A stretch of 64,000 bases of DNA from Chiloscyllium plagiosum (taxonomy: Eukaryota), in contig NW_025215376.1 in NCBI RefSeq assembly GCF_004010195.1, positions 62,001-126,000 on the forward strand, written 5' to 3'. The translations under genes were made by a program, and so were the position numbers. Positions 12,295-24,624 of this stretch are shown piece by piece. Positions within the stretch are counted from its first letter, which is position 1. Each line of letters starts with the position of its first letter. The notes under the pieces were generated by a model that searched no databases, had not been told where the DNA came from, and worked only from the letters and a program-made list of their open reading frames with translations.

Positions 12295-12641
12295 ACATAG
12301 GGTAAATAGGCAAAGTCTTTTCCCTGGAGTCGGGGAGTCCAGAACTAGAGGACATAGGTTTAAGGTAGAGGGACAAGATATAAAAGAGACCTAAGGGGCA
12401 ACTTTTTCACCCAGAGGGTGGTACATGTATGGAATGAGCTGCCAGAGGATGCGGTGGAGGCTGGTACAATTGCAACATTTAAGAGGAATTTGGATGGGGA
12501 AATGAATAGGAAGGGTTTGGAGGGATATGGGCCGGGTGCTGGCAGGTGGGACTAGATTGGGTTGGGATGTCTGGTCGGCATGGTCAGGTTGGATCGAAGG
12601 GTCTGTTACCATGCTGTACATCTCTATGACTCTATGACTCT
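12295..12641 (+). mobile_element. CR1 3' fragment
   Basis: TRGHRF...WNELP and a (ctctatga)n tail. Confidence 0.88.
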
Positions 12642-12840
12642 AATGCTGTGATCCTAGATCAGTCAGCACAGTTGACTATGTCTGGCTGCAATCCAAAATA
12701 ATAACAAAGTAGAATTATTTAATCTTCTTGCATCTAATATGTTTGATGAGGATGCTGGAATGGGAAAAGGTGTCATGAGCTGTATAAAAAAATATTTGCG
12801 CAGGTCACTCTAAAGGGCTGGTTATTGTGGGAATGTTGTG

Positions 12841-13146
12841 ATTAGATTAGATTAGATTCCCTACAGTGTGGAAACAGGCCCTTCGGCCCAACAAGTCCAC
12901 ACCGACCCTCCAAACTGTAACCCACCCAGACCCATTTCCCTCCAACTAATGCCCCTAACACTATGGGCAATTTAGCATGGCCAATTCACCTGACCTGCAC
13001 ATCTTTGGACTGTGGGAGGAAACCGGAGCACACGGAGGAAACTCACGCAGACACGGGGAGAATGTGTGAACTCCACACAGACAGTCGCCCCAGGCTGGAA
13101 TCGAACCTGGGACGCTGGTGCTGTGATGCAGCAGTGCTAACCACTG
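12841..13146 (-). mobile_element. HE1-type SINE
   Basis: Same consensus. Confidence 0.9.
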
Positions 13147-13989
13147 AAATGAAGAGTTTCATTTCTTTAAAATTCAGTGAACAAAATTATGATTCCTGGC
13201 ATAGACTGCAAAGTAGGAAGTAAATGCTTGGTTGGGGGGGTGGGGGGGGAGGTATGTACAGTGGGGAGGGTAGGTTGGGGTTTTGTTTACTGCTTGTGAT
13301 TGATTTGCTGTATCTTTTTTGGAGAAACATCGATAAAAATAACAAAAAGAAACAAAATGCAGAGAGATAATTATTTCTTAAATTCCCCACTCTTGAGCTT
13401 AAGCTTTCATTAATTTCAGTGAAGCTCAATAAATAGGTTTGAATTGAAAGTAGAGATATCCTAGCAAATCCCAGTGTTGGAACAGAGTAAGCACTTTAAT
13501 GCTCACACCGAAGAATAAATTTTCCATCTGGAAGTGTTTGGAACATTGCTTTATCTGTGAAACATCACCATCGTGCATTTGAACAGTGAGACAACTCTCA
13601 CAAAAATCCTTCAGTTTCTACTGACACTACAAAAAGCTGATTCACAGACCAACTGCCTACTCTGTAGTCTCCAATAAAGAATTGTTCATGAATTATACTG
13701 CTGTGTTCAGTTTTTTTCTTATCAAATGTGTCCATTGTAATAAAAAAAGGTGTTTAGAAAGATTGGAACTGATGTACAATTATACCCAGTTAACAGTTGA
13801 TAATATCGTACCTGCTTGATATCACGAGTTATTTTCTGAAGCAACACTTAAACTTTCACAAGCTTAAAACTAAAGTTGTGAAAACTGATGAATAGAAATT
13901 TTCAGGGAAATTTATTTCTTGATATCAGAATGAAAAATGCCTGCATTGGAGCTAGACTAGAATTAGATCTTAACAGTATACGATATTGA

Positions 13990-14315
13990 AGCAAAAATTG
14001 GACCATTCAGCCCATCAAGTCTGCTGCCGTTCAATCATGGCTGATAAGTTTCTCAACCCCATTCTCCTACTTTCTCCCTTTAACCCTTGATCCCCTTGAT
14101 ACTCAAGAACCCATCAATCTCAGACTTAAGTATACTCAGTGACTGGACTCCACAGCCTTCTGTGGCAGTGAATTCCATCAATTCCCCACTCTCTGGCTGA
14201 AGAAGTTTCTCCTTATCTCCATTCTAAAAGGTCTTCCCTTGACTCTAAGTGTGTTCCTTCGGATGCTAGTCTCTCCTACCAATGGAAACATCTTCCCAAC
14301 ATCTACTCTGTCCAG
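13990..14315 (-). mobile_element. CR1 3' fragment
   Basis: IRRNFFSQRV, related to the 3' end at 31600-31948. Confidence 0.8.
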
Positions 14316-14717
14316 AGTGGCTTGGCTGTACTTACAATCAAAGGATTTCAGCTCAAAACCAATCATTACTGGACCTAGGAATGTTGCAGTTATTTACAAT
14401 GTCAGCTGTAATTATGTTTTCCCTTCTATTGCATTATATTGCTTATAACCAAGTTGCAGTTCTTTAACCATTGTATAGCAGGATGGGATTAGACATCCAA
14501 ACATGTTAAGCAGCTGCAGGAAAGAACACACTGCTATGAGAGTATAAGAACTGATGATTTCTTATGAATGTATCATCATTGATTTCATCCTTTGATACCA
14601 AAAACTTTCATTACTTTCCACTAGTAAGACAGGAAACAGATTAACATATGGGATGGCAAATAGACCGACAAGTGGTTTGTGGCATTTGGCATATGTGGCT
14701 GAATGACCATTATCAGT

Positions 14718-14872
14718 GGGGAGAAAGTGAGGGCTGCAGATGCTGGAGATCAGAGCTGAAAATGTGTTGCTGGAAAAGCGCAGCATCCAAGGAACAGGAG
14801 AATCGACGTTTCGGGCATAAGCCCTTCTTCAGAAGCCTGAAGAAGGGCTTATGCCCGAAACGTCAATTCTCC
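14718..14872. mobile_element. Penelope-derived mini-element with back-to-back hammerhead cores
   Basis: 38-bp inverted repeat (14795-14832 and 14837-14874). TSD-like tgaccattatcagt / tgaccattgtcatt flanks. Confidence 0.72.
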
Positions 14873-15207
14873 TGACCATTGTCATTCTCAAATTAATAAA
14901 ACTTGACATGTTACTGAATATTGCAACTGACAACCTTGTAATCTTAATGAGTGTAGGAACAATTTCGTGATCCAATAACTGAGAAACTGCTTTGTGACTC
15001 TTCTGCCACAGTAATAGAATCCATATATCTAATCGATAAAGATCAGGATTCCAATTCCACTTGCTCCAGAGGCTTGTCATGCCTCAGCTGCTTGATTGAA
15101 GTATGTACAAACTGTTTATTTTCTCCCGAAAGTGCAAAAGTCATTGAAATAATGTAGAGAGACTTTTCCCCCAATTATAATTAAACAAATGACTTGCAGT
15201 GCACAAT

Positions 15208-15456
15208 AGGGTGGCACGGTGGCTCAGTGGTTAGTACTGCTGCCTCACAGCACCAGGCTCCCAGGTTCATTTCCAGCCTCAGGCGACTGTCTATGTGGAG
15301 TTTGCACGTTCTCCCCGTGTCTGCGTGGGTTTGCTCCAGGTGCTCCGGTTTCCTCCCACAGTCCAAAGATGTGCAGGTCAGGTGAATTGGCCATGCTAAA
15401 CTGCCCGTAGTGTTAGGTGCATTGGTCAGAGGGAAATAGGTCTGGGTGGGTTAATC
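15208..15456 (+). mobile_element. HE1-type SINE, 3'-truncated at the Gypsy deletion junction
   Basis: Same consensus; the tail is missing. Confidence 0.88.
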
Positions 15457-15768
15457 TTACCACAAGGTAAGAAGAAAACCCTTGAAGTGGAAAGGGAAGT
15501 TGAAAAGCTCCAATATTTTCACTGCAATAAAGTAGGACACATGGAATCACAGCGTTGGTGGGTTAGGAAAAGCACTGGGAGACTAGATATAGGAAAATCA
15601 GATAAGCAAGTGACTTTTGTTGGAGTGGTAACAGAAAGCATAATGGAGGTCAGAAAGCTGCATCAGAAGGTACAAGCTGGTCAGAGGTTGGTAAAGGAGG
15701 AAGTGCCAGATCTTCTTCAACCTGCGTAGGTAACATTTACTCACATAGGCCAGGGGCAGCAGGTGAAG

Positions 15769-15981
15769 AGGAGAAAGTGAGGATTGCAGATGCTGGAGAT
15801 CAGAGTTGGAAAGTGTGATCCTGGGAAAGCACCACCGGCCAGGCAGTATCCGAGGAGCAGGAGAGTCAACGTTTCAGGCATAAGATCGAGGGGCCTTCCC
15901 TCATTCCTGATGAAGAGCTTATGCTCTCCTGCTCATCGGACGCTGCCTGATCGCCTGTGCTTTGTCAGCACCACACATTTT
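15769..15981. mobile_element. Penelope-derived mini-element (degenerate inverted pair) nested in the Gypsy element
   Basis: ggagaaagtgagga...gatgctgg family, with TSD-like ggcagcaggtgaaga / ggcagcaggcaaaga. Confidence 0.65.
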
Positions 15982-18900
15982 GGCAGCAGGCAAAGAGTTA
16001 ACAATATTAAGAGGTACAGGATCTTCTCAATCTGTGATGTTGAAAGATGAGGAGATGTGTATCGTGGAAAGGCTATTGTCAGAAAAGCTGCTAGTAACAG
16101 GAATTCACAGTGAGACAAGAAGTGCTCAATTATGTCGAGTCTTCAGTGAACAACGGAGAAGTCATGGCAGAAGTATGAGAAAAAACTCTCAGCTCCAGGA
16201 ATACAATTTGTTCTTGCTAATAATATAGCTGGTTCACAGGTCGGAGTGCTGCCTACTGTGGTTGAAAAGTCAGTGGAAACTCAGACAACTGAACAGGACA
16301 CATATTCTGGGATTTTTCCCGACTGTGTAGTAACAAAGTCATTACAGCACCAGTTGAAACAGGAGAGATCAAAGAGAAGAGATAAGAAAGTTGAAGTACA
16401 AATACCAGAGTCCCAGTTTGATCAAATGGTTGACGCAAAACAGGAACAGATAGATGACAAAGTAGAGATCTTTAGCTCAGATAAATTAGCTGAGTTACAG
16501 CAGAAAGATGAAAATCTAAAGCAATTGTATCAAAAGATATATACAGGAAAAAAAAACTTGAATGCTACTATGTTAAAAATGACGTCTTAATGAAGAAATG
16601 GAGACCATCACGCATTCAGACAGATGAGAAATGTGCAGAGGTTCATCAAGTCGTATTGCCAGTGGGTTATAGAAAAGAGGTGTTGTGGGTAGTACACAAG
16701 CTACCAGTTAGGAGTCATTTAAGAGTGGGAAAACACAGGCTAAAATACAAACACAGTTTTACTGGCCTGGACTGCACAAGGATGCAGTTGAACTATGCCA
16801 GTTATCTCATGCATGTCAGGTAATTAGTAAACCACAGGCAGTAATAAAACCCACACATTTAATACCTATTCCTGCTTTTGAGGAGCCTTAAACAAGAGTC
16901 TTAATTGATTGCATAGGACCCCTGCCTAAAACTGCAAGTGGGAGTCAGTATTTGTTAGCGATAACGGATGTGTCCACTAGATTTTCAGAGGCTGTTCCAT
17001 TGTTTAACAACACAGCAAAAGAGATTGTGGAGGAATTACTCAAATCTTTCTCGAGATACAGACTACCCACAGAAATACAATAAGATCAAGGGTCAAACTT
17101 TACATCAAAATTATTCAAGGAAGTTATGGATAGATCAGAAATAAAACAATTCAATGTACCGTGTATCACCCAGAGTCACAGGGAGTACTGGAAAGGTGGC
17201 TTCAGACATTAAAGACCATGTTGAAGGCTTATAGTTAAGACTATCCTGATGTTTGGGATAAGGGAATTCCATTTGTACTTCTTGCAATCAGAGATGCACC
17301 AAATAAATTGCCCAAATTCAGTCCATTTGAATTCATTTTTTGGGCATGAAGTGAGAGGACCGCTAAAATTGATTAATGAGAAGTTGGTAAGTTAGAATTC
17401 AGAGACCACGTATTTGGACTATGTGTCAACTGTTACAGAATGATTAAATAGAACAGGGGACTGGGCTAGGTATCACAGCATACAACGAAATAGGAAGCAG
17501 GCAAGAAATCAAAAACTCACTATTTTGCCATTGGAGATAAAGTGTTAGTGTTACTTCCAGTGATAGGTGAACCTTTAAAAGCAAGGTTTAGGGGACCTTG
17601 TCAAGTCAAAAGGAAATTGAGTTCGGTGGAATATTTACTAAGGACTCCACACAATATGAACTCTCACAGTGTGTGACATGTGAATATGGTCAAAAGGTAT
17701 TTTGACAGGGAAGGAAAGCCAAGGGAGACTGTGTTGTTGTCTCCAACACAGGGTGAAGAACCAAGTTCGGAGGATTCTGAATTGGTCATTTCTCAAATTA
17801 ATTTGGACAATGAGGAGATTGCCAAAAATTGGGATACATTATTGAGTTATCTTCCAGAGGAAAATTGAAATGACCTGAAAGAGTTATTGGTATCGCGTGG
17901 GGAGATTAGATTACTTACTTACTGTGTGGAAACAGGTCCTTCGGCCCACCAAGTCCACACCAACCTTCTGAAGAGTCACCCACCCAGATCCATTCCACTA
18001 CATTTACCCCTTCATCTAACCACTGTGTCACTATGTGGGAATAAGCTGGGAAATACGAACCTAATTATGCATGATGCAAGTGTAGGAGATGCTGTTCCAA
18101 TTAAGCAACATCCTTATAGGCATAACCCTCTAAAGTTGGCATAGTTTAATTGGAGCCTCAAGATGACATAATTGAAGTGTGTTACGGTGACTGGAGCTCA
18201 CCCATAGTAATGGTGCCAAGACCCGATGGTTATGTGTGGGCGATTGCAAAGTCATAGTGTCATAGAGATGTACAGCATGGAAACAGATCCTTCGGTCCAA
18301 CTTGTCCATGTCGACCAGATATCCTAACCTAATCTAGTCACATTTTCCATAACTTGGCGCACATCTCGCTAACCCTTTCCTACTTGATGCTGTTACAAAG
18401 ACTAGTGTAGATCCAAGTCCACGTTTGGAAGACTGTGTTGAAATGATGGGGCAAGGAACTTATACTTCCAAGTTGGACTTGCTCAGAGGATACTGGCAGG
18501 TATCTTTTGTCAGAAAGAGTGAAGACATTTTCAGCTTGCATAAAGCCAAATGAACTGTATCAGTTTGATGTCATGCCATTTAGTACGTAACATGTGCCAG
18601 TCACATTTTGGAGACTAACCAATAAGGTCATTTCCGGATTCTCAATTATGCCATATATATATAGGTAACCTGGTGATTTTTAGTCACACATGGAAGGAAC
18701 ATGTGCAATATTTGCCAACATTGTTCAATCAACTTCTGGAAGCAGGCTTGGTGATAAACCTGGCTAAAAGTGAATTTGTTAAAGCCCAAGTCACCTTCCT
18801 GGGCCATGTTGTTGGACATGGACAAGTGGCCCCATGGAATGCAAAATCAATGGTAATTGGTGAGTTTCCAGTATCATCGACAAAAAGAGCAATACTATAA

Positions 18901-19401
18901 TTCCTGGGATTGAGTGGATTGCATCGAAAATTCATACCAAACTTTAGCAGTATAGCTGCTCCATTCACTGAATTGCTGAAGAAAGGAAAGACATTTCAGT
19001 GGACAGTGGACTGTCAGAAGGTATTTGCTAGCCTGAAAACTGTGTTCATTACAGCCCCAGTGTTAGCCACACCTAATTACGCAAAGCCATTCAAGGTGGC
19101 TAGCAATACGAGTGATGTGGGTTTCAGTGCTATGCTCTTGCGGGAAGGCAATGAGAAAATACAAAGACCTTTGGGGTATTTATCCAGGAATTTGTGCATT
19201 CATCAGTAGAAATATTTATCAGTTGAAAAGGAGAGTTTGAGCTTGGTGTTGGTGTGACAACATTTCAATGCTTATGTTACTAGTAATGTATCTGATTCAA
19301 CCATATACACTGACCCTAACCCATTGACGTATTTTATGGACAAAAATGCCTGAGATGGAGCTTGTTCTGACAGCCATTCAATTTGAAAATTTTGCATGTG
19401 G

Positions 19402-21029
19402 CAGGTTGAGAAGACATGATTGCCAATGCATTGTAAAGACTTGAAAGGGAAAGCAGAGACATTCGGTGGCAAGAGTAAAACAGACTGAAACAAAATGTAG
19501 GAGTGCACGTTTGCGTGATCATTGTCAATCTAATGTATATGTGTGTTGTAGTGTCCTAACAATTTAAGATTAAGGGTTTTTAAATGAAGCCATCTTTGGA
19601 TATTGTTGGATCACTTTTTTTTAAATGGGGGAGGTCATAGAGTCATAGAATCATAGAGATGTACAGCACGGAAACAGACCCTTCAGTCCAACTTGTCCAT
19701 GCTGACCCAGATATCCCAACCCATCTAGTCCCACCTGCCAGCACTTGGCCCATATCCCTCCAAACTCTTCCTATTCATAAACCCATTCAAATGCCTTTTA
19801 AATGTTGCAATTGTATTAGCCTCCTCACTTCCTCTGGCAGCTCATTCCATACATGTACCACCCTCTGCATAAAAAATCTGCCCCTTAGGTCCTTTTTATA
19901 TCTTTCCCCTCTCACCCTAAATGTATGCCCTCTAGTTCTGTACTCCCCCACCCCATGGAAAAGGCCTTGTCTATTTAACCTATCCATGCCCCTCAATGAT
20001 TTTATAAACCTCTATAAGGTCACCCCTCAGCCTCCAATGCTCCAGGGAAAACAGCCCCAGTCTGTTCAGTCTCTCCCCATAGCTCAAATCCACCAACCCT
20101 GGCAACATCCTTGTAAATCTTTTCTGAACCCTTTCAAGTTTTGTGCTGCTCCTTTAACAGGGTTATGTTGTCCTTGGCTTTCTTTTCAGTAAGGTCATAA
20201 AAGCAGTGATTCCGAATTGTCTCTGTTTGAAGGGTTTTAGGGCCAATTTGCTTATAGCAAACAGATACTGCCTCAGGAAAAAGGCTTTCAAGTTACAGAA
20301 GAAAATGGTTGTACAATGAAAGAGGAGTGGTCAGTTCTCCCAACTCAGCTTCTCTCAGGTTTGGTTTTCTGACAGTCTGGCTGTTCGCTGAAAGCGTCAG
20401 GCAGTTGAGAAGCTGCTGGACTCAAAGAAGCAGGTCCATGGGGTTCATCCATCTCTCTGACCTCTCTCCTGTAACCCTGTGTTTCATTTTACCTTGTGTG
20501 TCAAGGGATGTTTATGGGGATTGTTGCAAGTATTTGGAACAGCATCATTAAGTTGGGATAACCTACTTGGTTTTCGGAAAGGTTAAGTTATTCTGTATTC
20601 TGTCCCCTTTTGCTTGTGTTTCATTTGGTAATCTTGCAAATAAATTCTGTTTCACTTAAAACTAAGTGGTTGGAGGGATATGGGCCAAGTGCTGGCAGGT
20701 GGGACTAGATGGGTTGGGATATCTGGTCGACATGGACAAGTTGGACTGAAGGGTCTGTTTCCGTGCTGTACATCTCTATGATTCTATGACTCTATGACCT
20801 CCTCCATTAAAAAAAAGTGATCCAACAATATCCAAAGATGGCTTCATTTAAAAACCCTTAATCTTAAATTGTTAGGACACTACAACATACATATACATTA
20901 GATTGACAATGATCACGCAAACGTGCACTCCTACATTTTGTTTCAGTCTGCTTTACTCTTGCCACCGAATGTCTCTGCTTTCCCTTTCAAGTCTTTACAA
21001 TGCATTGGCAATCATGTCTTCTCAACCTG
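19402..21029. repeat. About 360-bp near-perfect inverted repeat (19402-19763 and 20670-21029)
   Basis: Direct reverse-complement match with only a handful of differences. Confidence 0.95.
19635..20140 (-). mobile_element. CR1 3' fragment inserted at the Gypsy PPT/LTR boundary
   Basis: RTRGHTFRVRGE...WNELP on the minus strand. Confidence 0.88.
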
Positions 21030-21374
21030 GAATATCCACACTACACCTGCTTAAAACAGTTAGAGAAGTTAGGGTCCGGGCTCTTGACATGTTCGGAGGG
21101 GGTCTGGCCTGGTCAATAACAGTTGGAACACTGCTCACCAAAATCATCATGTCGTTATTGGAGGAGAATTGGAAAGAAAAAGATTCACTACATCAGATAA
21201 AAAGAAATGAAATATGTTCAATAAATAGCAGAAGTGATACCAGTTTAGCCCATTGAGTATTTACCACAGATTATGTGACATTTTGAAATGAGAGTAAACT
21301 CGGTTGAATTCAACAGCTGACATGCGGCAAGTATGATGATGTAATATCACAGACCTCTCAAGATAAAGAATTGC

Positions 21375-21444
21375 TCAGCATACTCACGGCAGCAAGAGTT
21401 GGATAGTAAATTCCATATACCAGAGTAGCTGGTAGTTCATGCTT
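21375..21444 (-). pseudogene. Orphan degenerate copy of GPCR exon 1 (KHELPATLVYGIYYPTLAAVSML)
   Basis: Aligns without gaps to the intact exon 1. ATG changed to AAG; donor reads A|gcaatt. No exon 2 lies between it and paralogue 1 exon 1. Confidence 0.85.
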
Positions 21445-23079
21445 GTTCAGTCATGAGGGATAATCTGTCAGTGACTACAAGGCGATAGCATGCTGGAGCC
21501 GATGTATACATTACAAAACTGCTCAATGACAGCATTTAGCAACATATCCTCATGATGTCAGGACTGTCTAATTTTGACAATTGTTGACCAAATTGATTTC
21601 ATCATATTGTTCTGATTTAGTTACTCCTGTGCTGTTAATCACAGAAAATGAAACAAAAAAAAACTATTCATTAGTAATGATTCAAAATAATAAAATTGCA
21701 TTAGTAAATAATATCAAACTTGCAAATGAAGCAATTCTATGCTTTGTTTTTCAAGGAAATGTCTCACCTCTGTATATTTTATCCTGATTTCGCACTCGAC
21801 TTTCAGAGTTTCAACCATTCTAGTGGGCAGCCTGTGCTCTCATTTGAGTGTTGAACATCCTTTTCCTTTAAGTAACAGAATGCCCCTGGAGTAGATAGCA
21901 CAGTTAGCTGAATGGCTCATTTGCAATACCTAGTGGCAGACCACTGCACATGTTCAATGCTATCACAAAGTCATCGCTATAGTGTCCTTACCTCGGAGTC
22001 TTTCCTGTCACCTGAGGCCTGGTGATCCTCAGGGTAAACTCACCATCAGTTCGCCCATCTCTCATGATGGCGTCATACTTTACTCTGTAATTGAATTTAG
22101 GGAAATAATATTACAGCTATTGACATTCAACTGGCAGCGTGTAAACAGAATTCCTTACTTTTATTGTCTCAAGAATGCTTGAATAAGATGTCAGAATGCA
22201 TGAGGGATGTAATTTTCAGATCATAGTAGGATGTGCTTAGCTGACTCCAAACACTGGTTATTGTGAGAAAGTTACAAAGTGTCTGGGGTATGTTTACTTG
22301 AACTGTCTTCAACAAAATCATGATTCTCAGAATCTATTGCCAAATAGAAAGGAAAAAAAAAAGCAGAGAGATATTAGAGCCATAGAGTCACAGAGATTTG
22401 CAGCATGGAAGCAGATCCTTTGGTCCAACCTGTCCATGCCGACCAGATATCCCAACCCAATCTAGTCCCACTTGCCAGTACCTGACCCACATTTTCTTTC
22501 AATTCGAAACCCTTGATATCATGTTTCTACTGGTCTCAGTGACGTTCCATAAAGAGACTTGAATGAATTTGGAGAAATCCAAGCAAGCCTCAGCATCAGA
22601 CTGCATCAAATATGTTAACGTACACACTGAAAATGAGATTTTGCATCAAGGGTTGAATGTAACATTTTCTTCTGAATTGTCGACACGGTGTGTCAAGCAG
22701 TGATAGGAATGGAACTGTGCAATACAATAGATAGTACCATTTTACAGACTAGAAGAAAGCAACTGCACAAATTTGCAATGACACACCAAATAGCATTGTT
22801 CTGTACATATGTCTTATTCTTCCTTAATTTTGAGTCCATCTTCAAGCATGTACTCTCTTCGAACACACCACAAATTGAGTTTCACTGATTTCACTTGAAC
22901 CACCAACAATTGACACAAATTTGCTTGCTTTCTCTCCTGGTGTTGTAGCTTTTCCCAGATGGACTATCTTGTCTTGAGTATCTGTTGCAAAATTTCCAAT
23001 GGATTTTACTGCCGTGTTCAATTTTTCAGCCAAATGCGCTGACAGCAAATGACTTGACGTGTGTTTAGATTAGAGTACT

Positions 23080-23389
23080 AGATTAGATTAGATTACTTAC
23101 AGTGTGGAAACAGGCCCTTCGGCCCGATAAGTCCACACCGACCCACTGAAGCGCAACCCACCCAGACCCATTCCCCACATTTACCCCTTACCTAACACTA
23201 TGGGCAATTTCGCATGGCCAATTCACCTGACCTGCACATTTTTGGACTGTGGGAGGAAACTGGAGCACCCGGAGGAAATCCACGCAAACACGGGGAGAAT
23301 GTGCAAACTCCACACAGTCAGTTGCCTGAGGCAGGAATTGAATCCGGGTCTCTGGCGCTGTGAGGCAGCAGTGCTAACCACTGTGCCAC
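23080..23389 (-). mobile_element. HE1-type SINE
   Basis: Same consensus. Confidence 0.9.
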
Positions 23390-23394
23390 TCACC

Positions 23395-24180
23395 ACTAAA
23401 ATAGTTTCAGGTTAGATGGTGGCAGAGTATGGTTTTTGAACCCAATCCATTCTATCCAATTTTCATTTCATTTCTATTCGTTTTTTACTTTTTTCCGTTA
23501 TCTTTCATTTTACTTACCTCCTGGGAACAGATCACTTGTGGTGATGTTATTGGCGGTGAGGAGAGCCCAGAGTGGACTCAAGTGGGCCCAGGGCAGGCTC
23601 ATGATGGGGCAGCAATAGAGGCATCTGCGTTCAGTGTAGACTTGAAGGCAGCGACGAAGGCGAGTTCAGGCCCAGTATGACACCCAACTCAGTGGTGGCT
23701 GCATTGGCAAGGTCTTTGCAATCATTCATATTGGCGAGCTCAACGGTGGAGGCATGATGGCACCAATGAGTGATGACCCCTGTTCCGGGGTGATGATGCA
23801 GTGAAGAGCACTCATAGTTGGCCACCATGCCTATGGAGAACGTGAGTACTGCCGATGCTGGAGATTAGAGTCAAGGGTGTGGTGCTGGAAAAGGTCAGAC
23901 AGCAATTGTCCGAAACATCGGTTTTGCTGCTTCCTGGATGCTGCCTGACCTGCTGTGCTTTTCCAGCACCAAACTCTTGACCATACCTATGGTCCATGGC
24001 CTGCAGCTGAGCACTTCACTAGAAGAATTGTAAAGTTGAACTTATTTTTTTTTGTCTTTATGTTTTACATTTTGGCTTATTTCTATGTGTTTTAAGATGG
24101 CGCCAGAGAATGGCGACACTATGCAATGCTTTTCACTGTAGTTTGTAGCAAAATACACATGATAATAAATAGATCAAATC
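23395..24180 (+). repeat. Unclassified GC-rich repeat (related copy on the minus strand at ~36075-37420)
   Basis: Shared agatgg(c/t)g start and a ttcactgta...aataa...atcaaa 3' end. Confidence 0.4.
23835..23980. mobile_element. Penelope-derived mini-element (inverted pair, core deleted)
   Basis: Same family, with TSD-like ccatgcctat / ccatacctat. Confidence 0.65.
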
Positions 24181-24624
24181 AGAAATGATATACAGTCATA
24201 TCAAGTTAACATTCAACAATATGTTTTCTTCACATTACAGTAAGTTAGTTTCTCATCCAACTCTGTAAACACAAGTTAACTGTTTGTGTAACACGTGGTT
24301 AAAATTAAGATAAAAAAATGAGTGGATAAAGATTTGGAGGATAATTTATTTATTATTAGCATGGGAGATGCTTATGTTATAGCTGTACAAGAATGGCTTA
24401 AATGTGTTCATGCATTTGCATGAATTTATATTTACAGATGCATTCTAATTTTGTTCAAAAAGCACACAAGCTGTAGGCAGTGTAACATTTTATAAATTCC
24501 TACTTTGGAAATAGAACCAGTCTGACTCAAGATTGGGATACAGACAGAATCTAACCTCACACCTTTAATGCATCGTCTGAGCCGAGATGTCATTTTTTTT
24601 GTATAGAACTTCAAGTTACCTCAG

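Larger units (their letters stand above)
15457..21121 (+). mobile_element. Decayed Gypsy LTR retrotransposon with Gmr1-like domain order; 5' end lost
   Basis: Gag zinc-knuckle relic (YFHCNKVGH, ~15510); protease (ILRGTGSSQS, ~16005); integrase (TRVLIDCIGPLPKT ~16890, YHPESQGVLERW ~17165); RT (PIKQHPYR ~18097, KLDLLRGYWQV ~18470); RNase H (PFKVASNTSDVG ~19090); polypurine tract ~19622-19634; 3' LTR ~20142-21121 ending ...aataaCA. Many stops and nested insertions. Confidence 0.88.
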
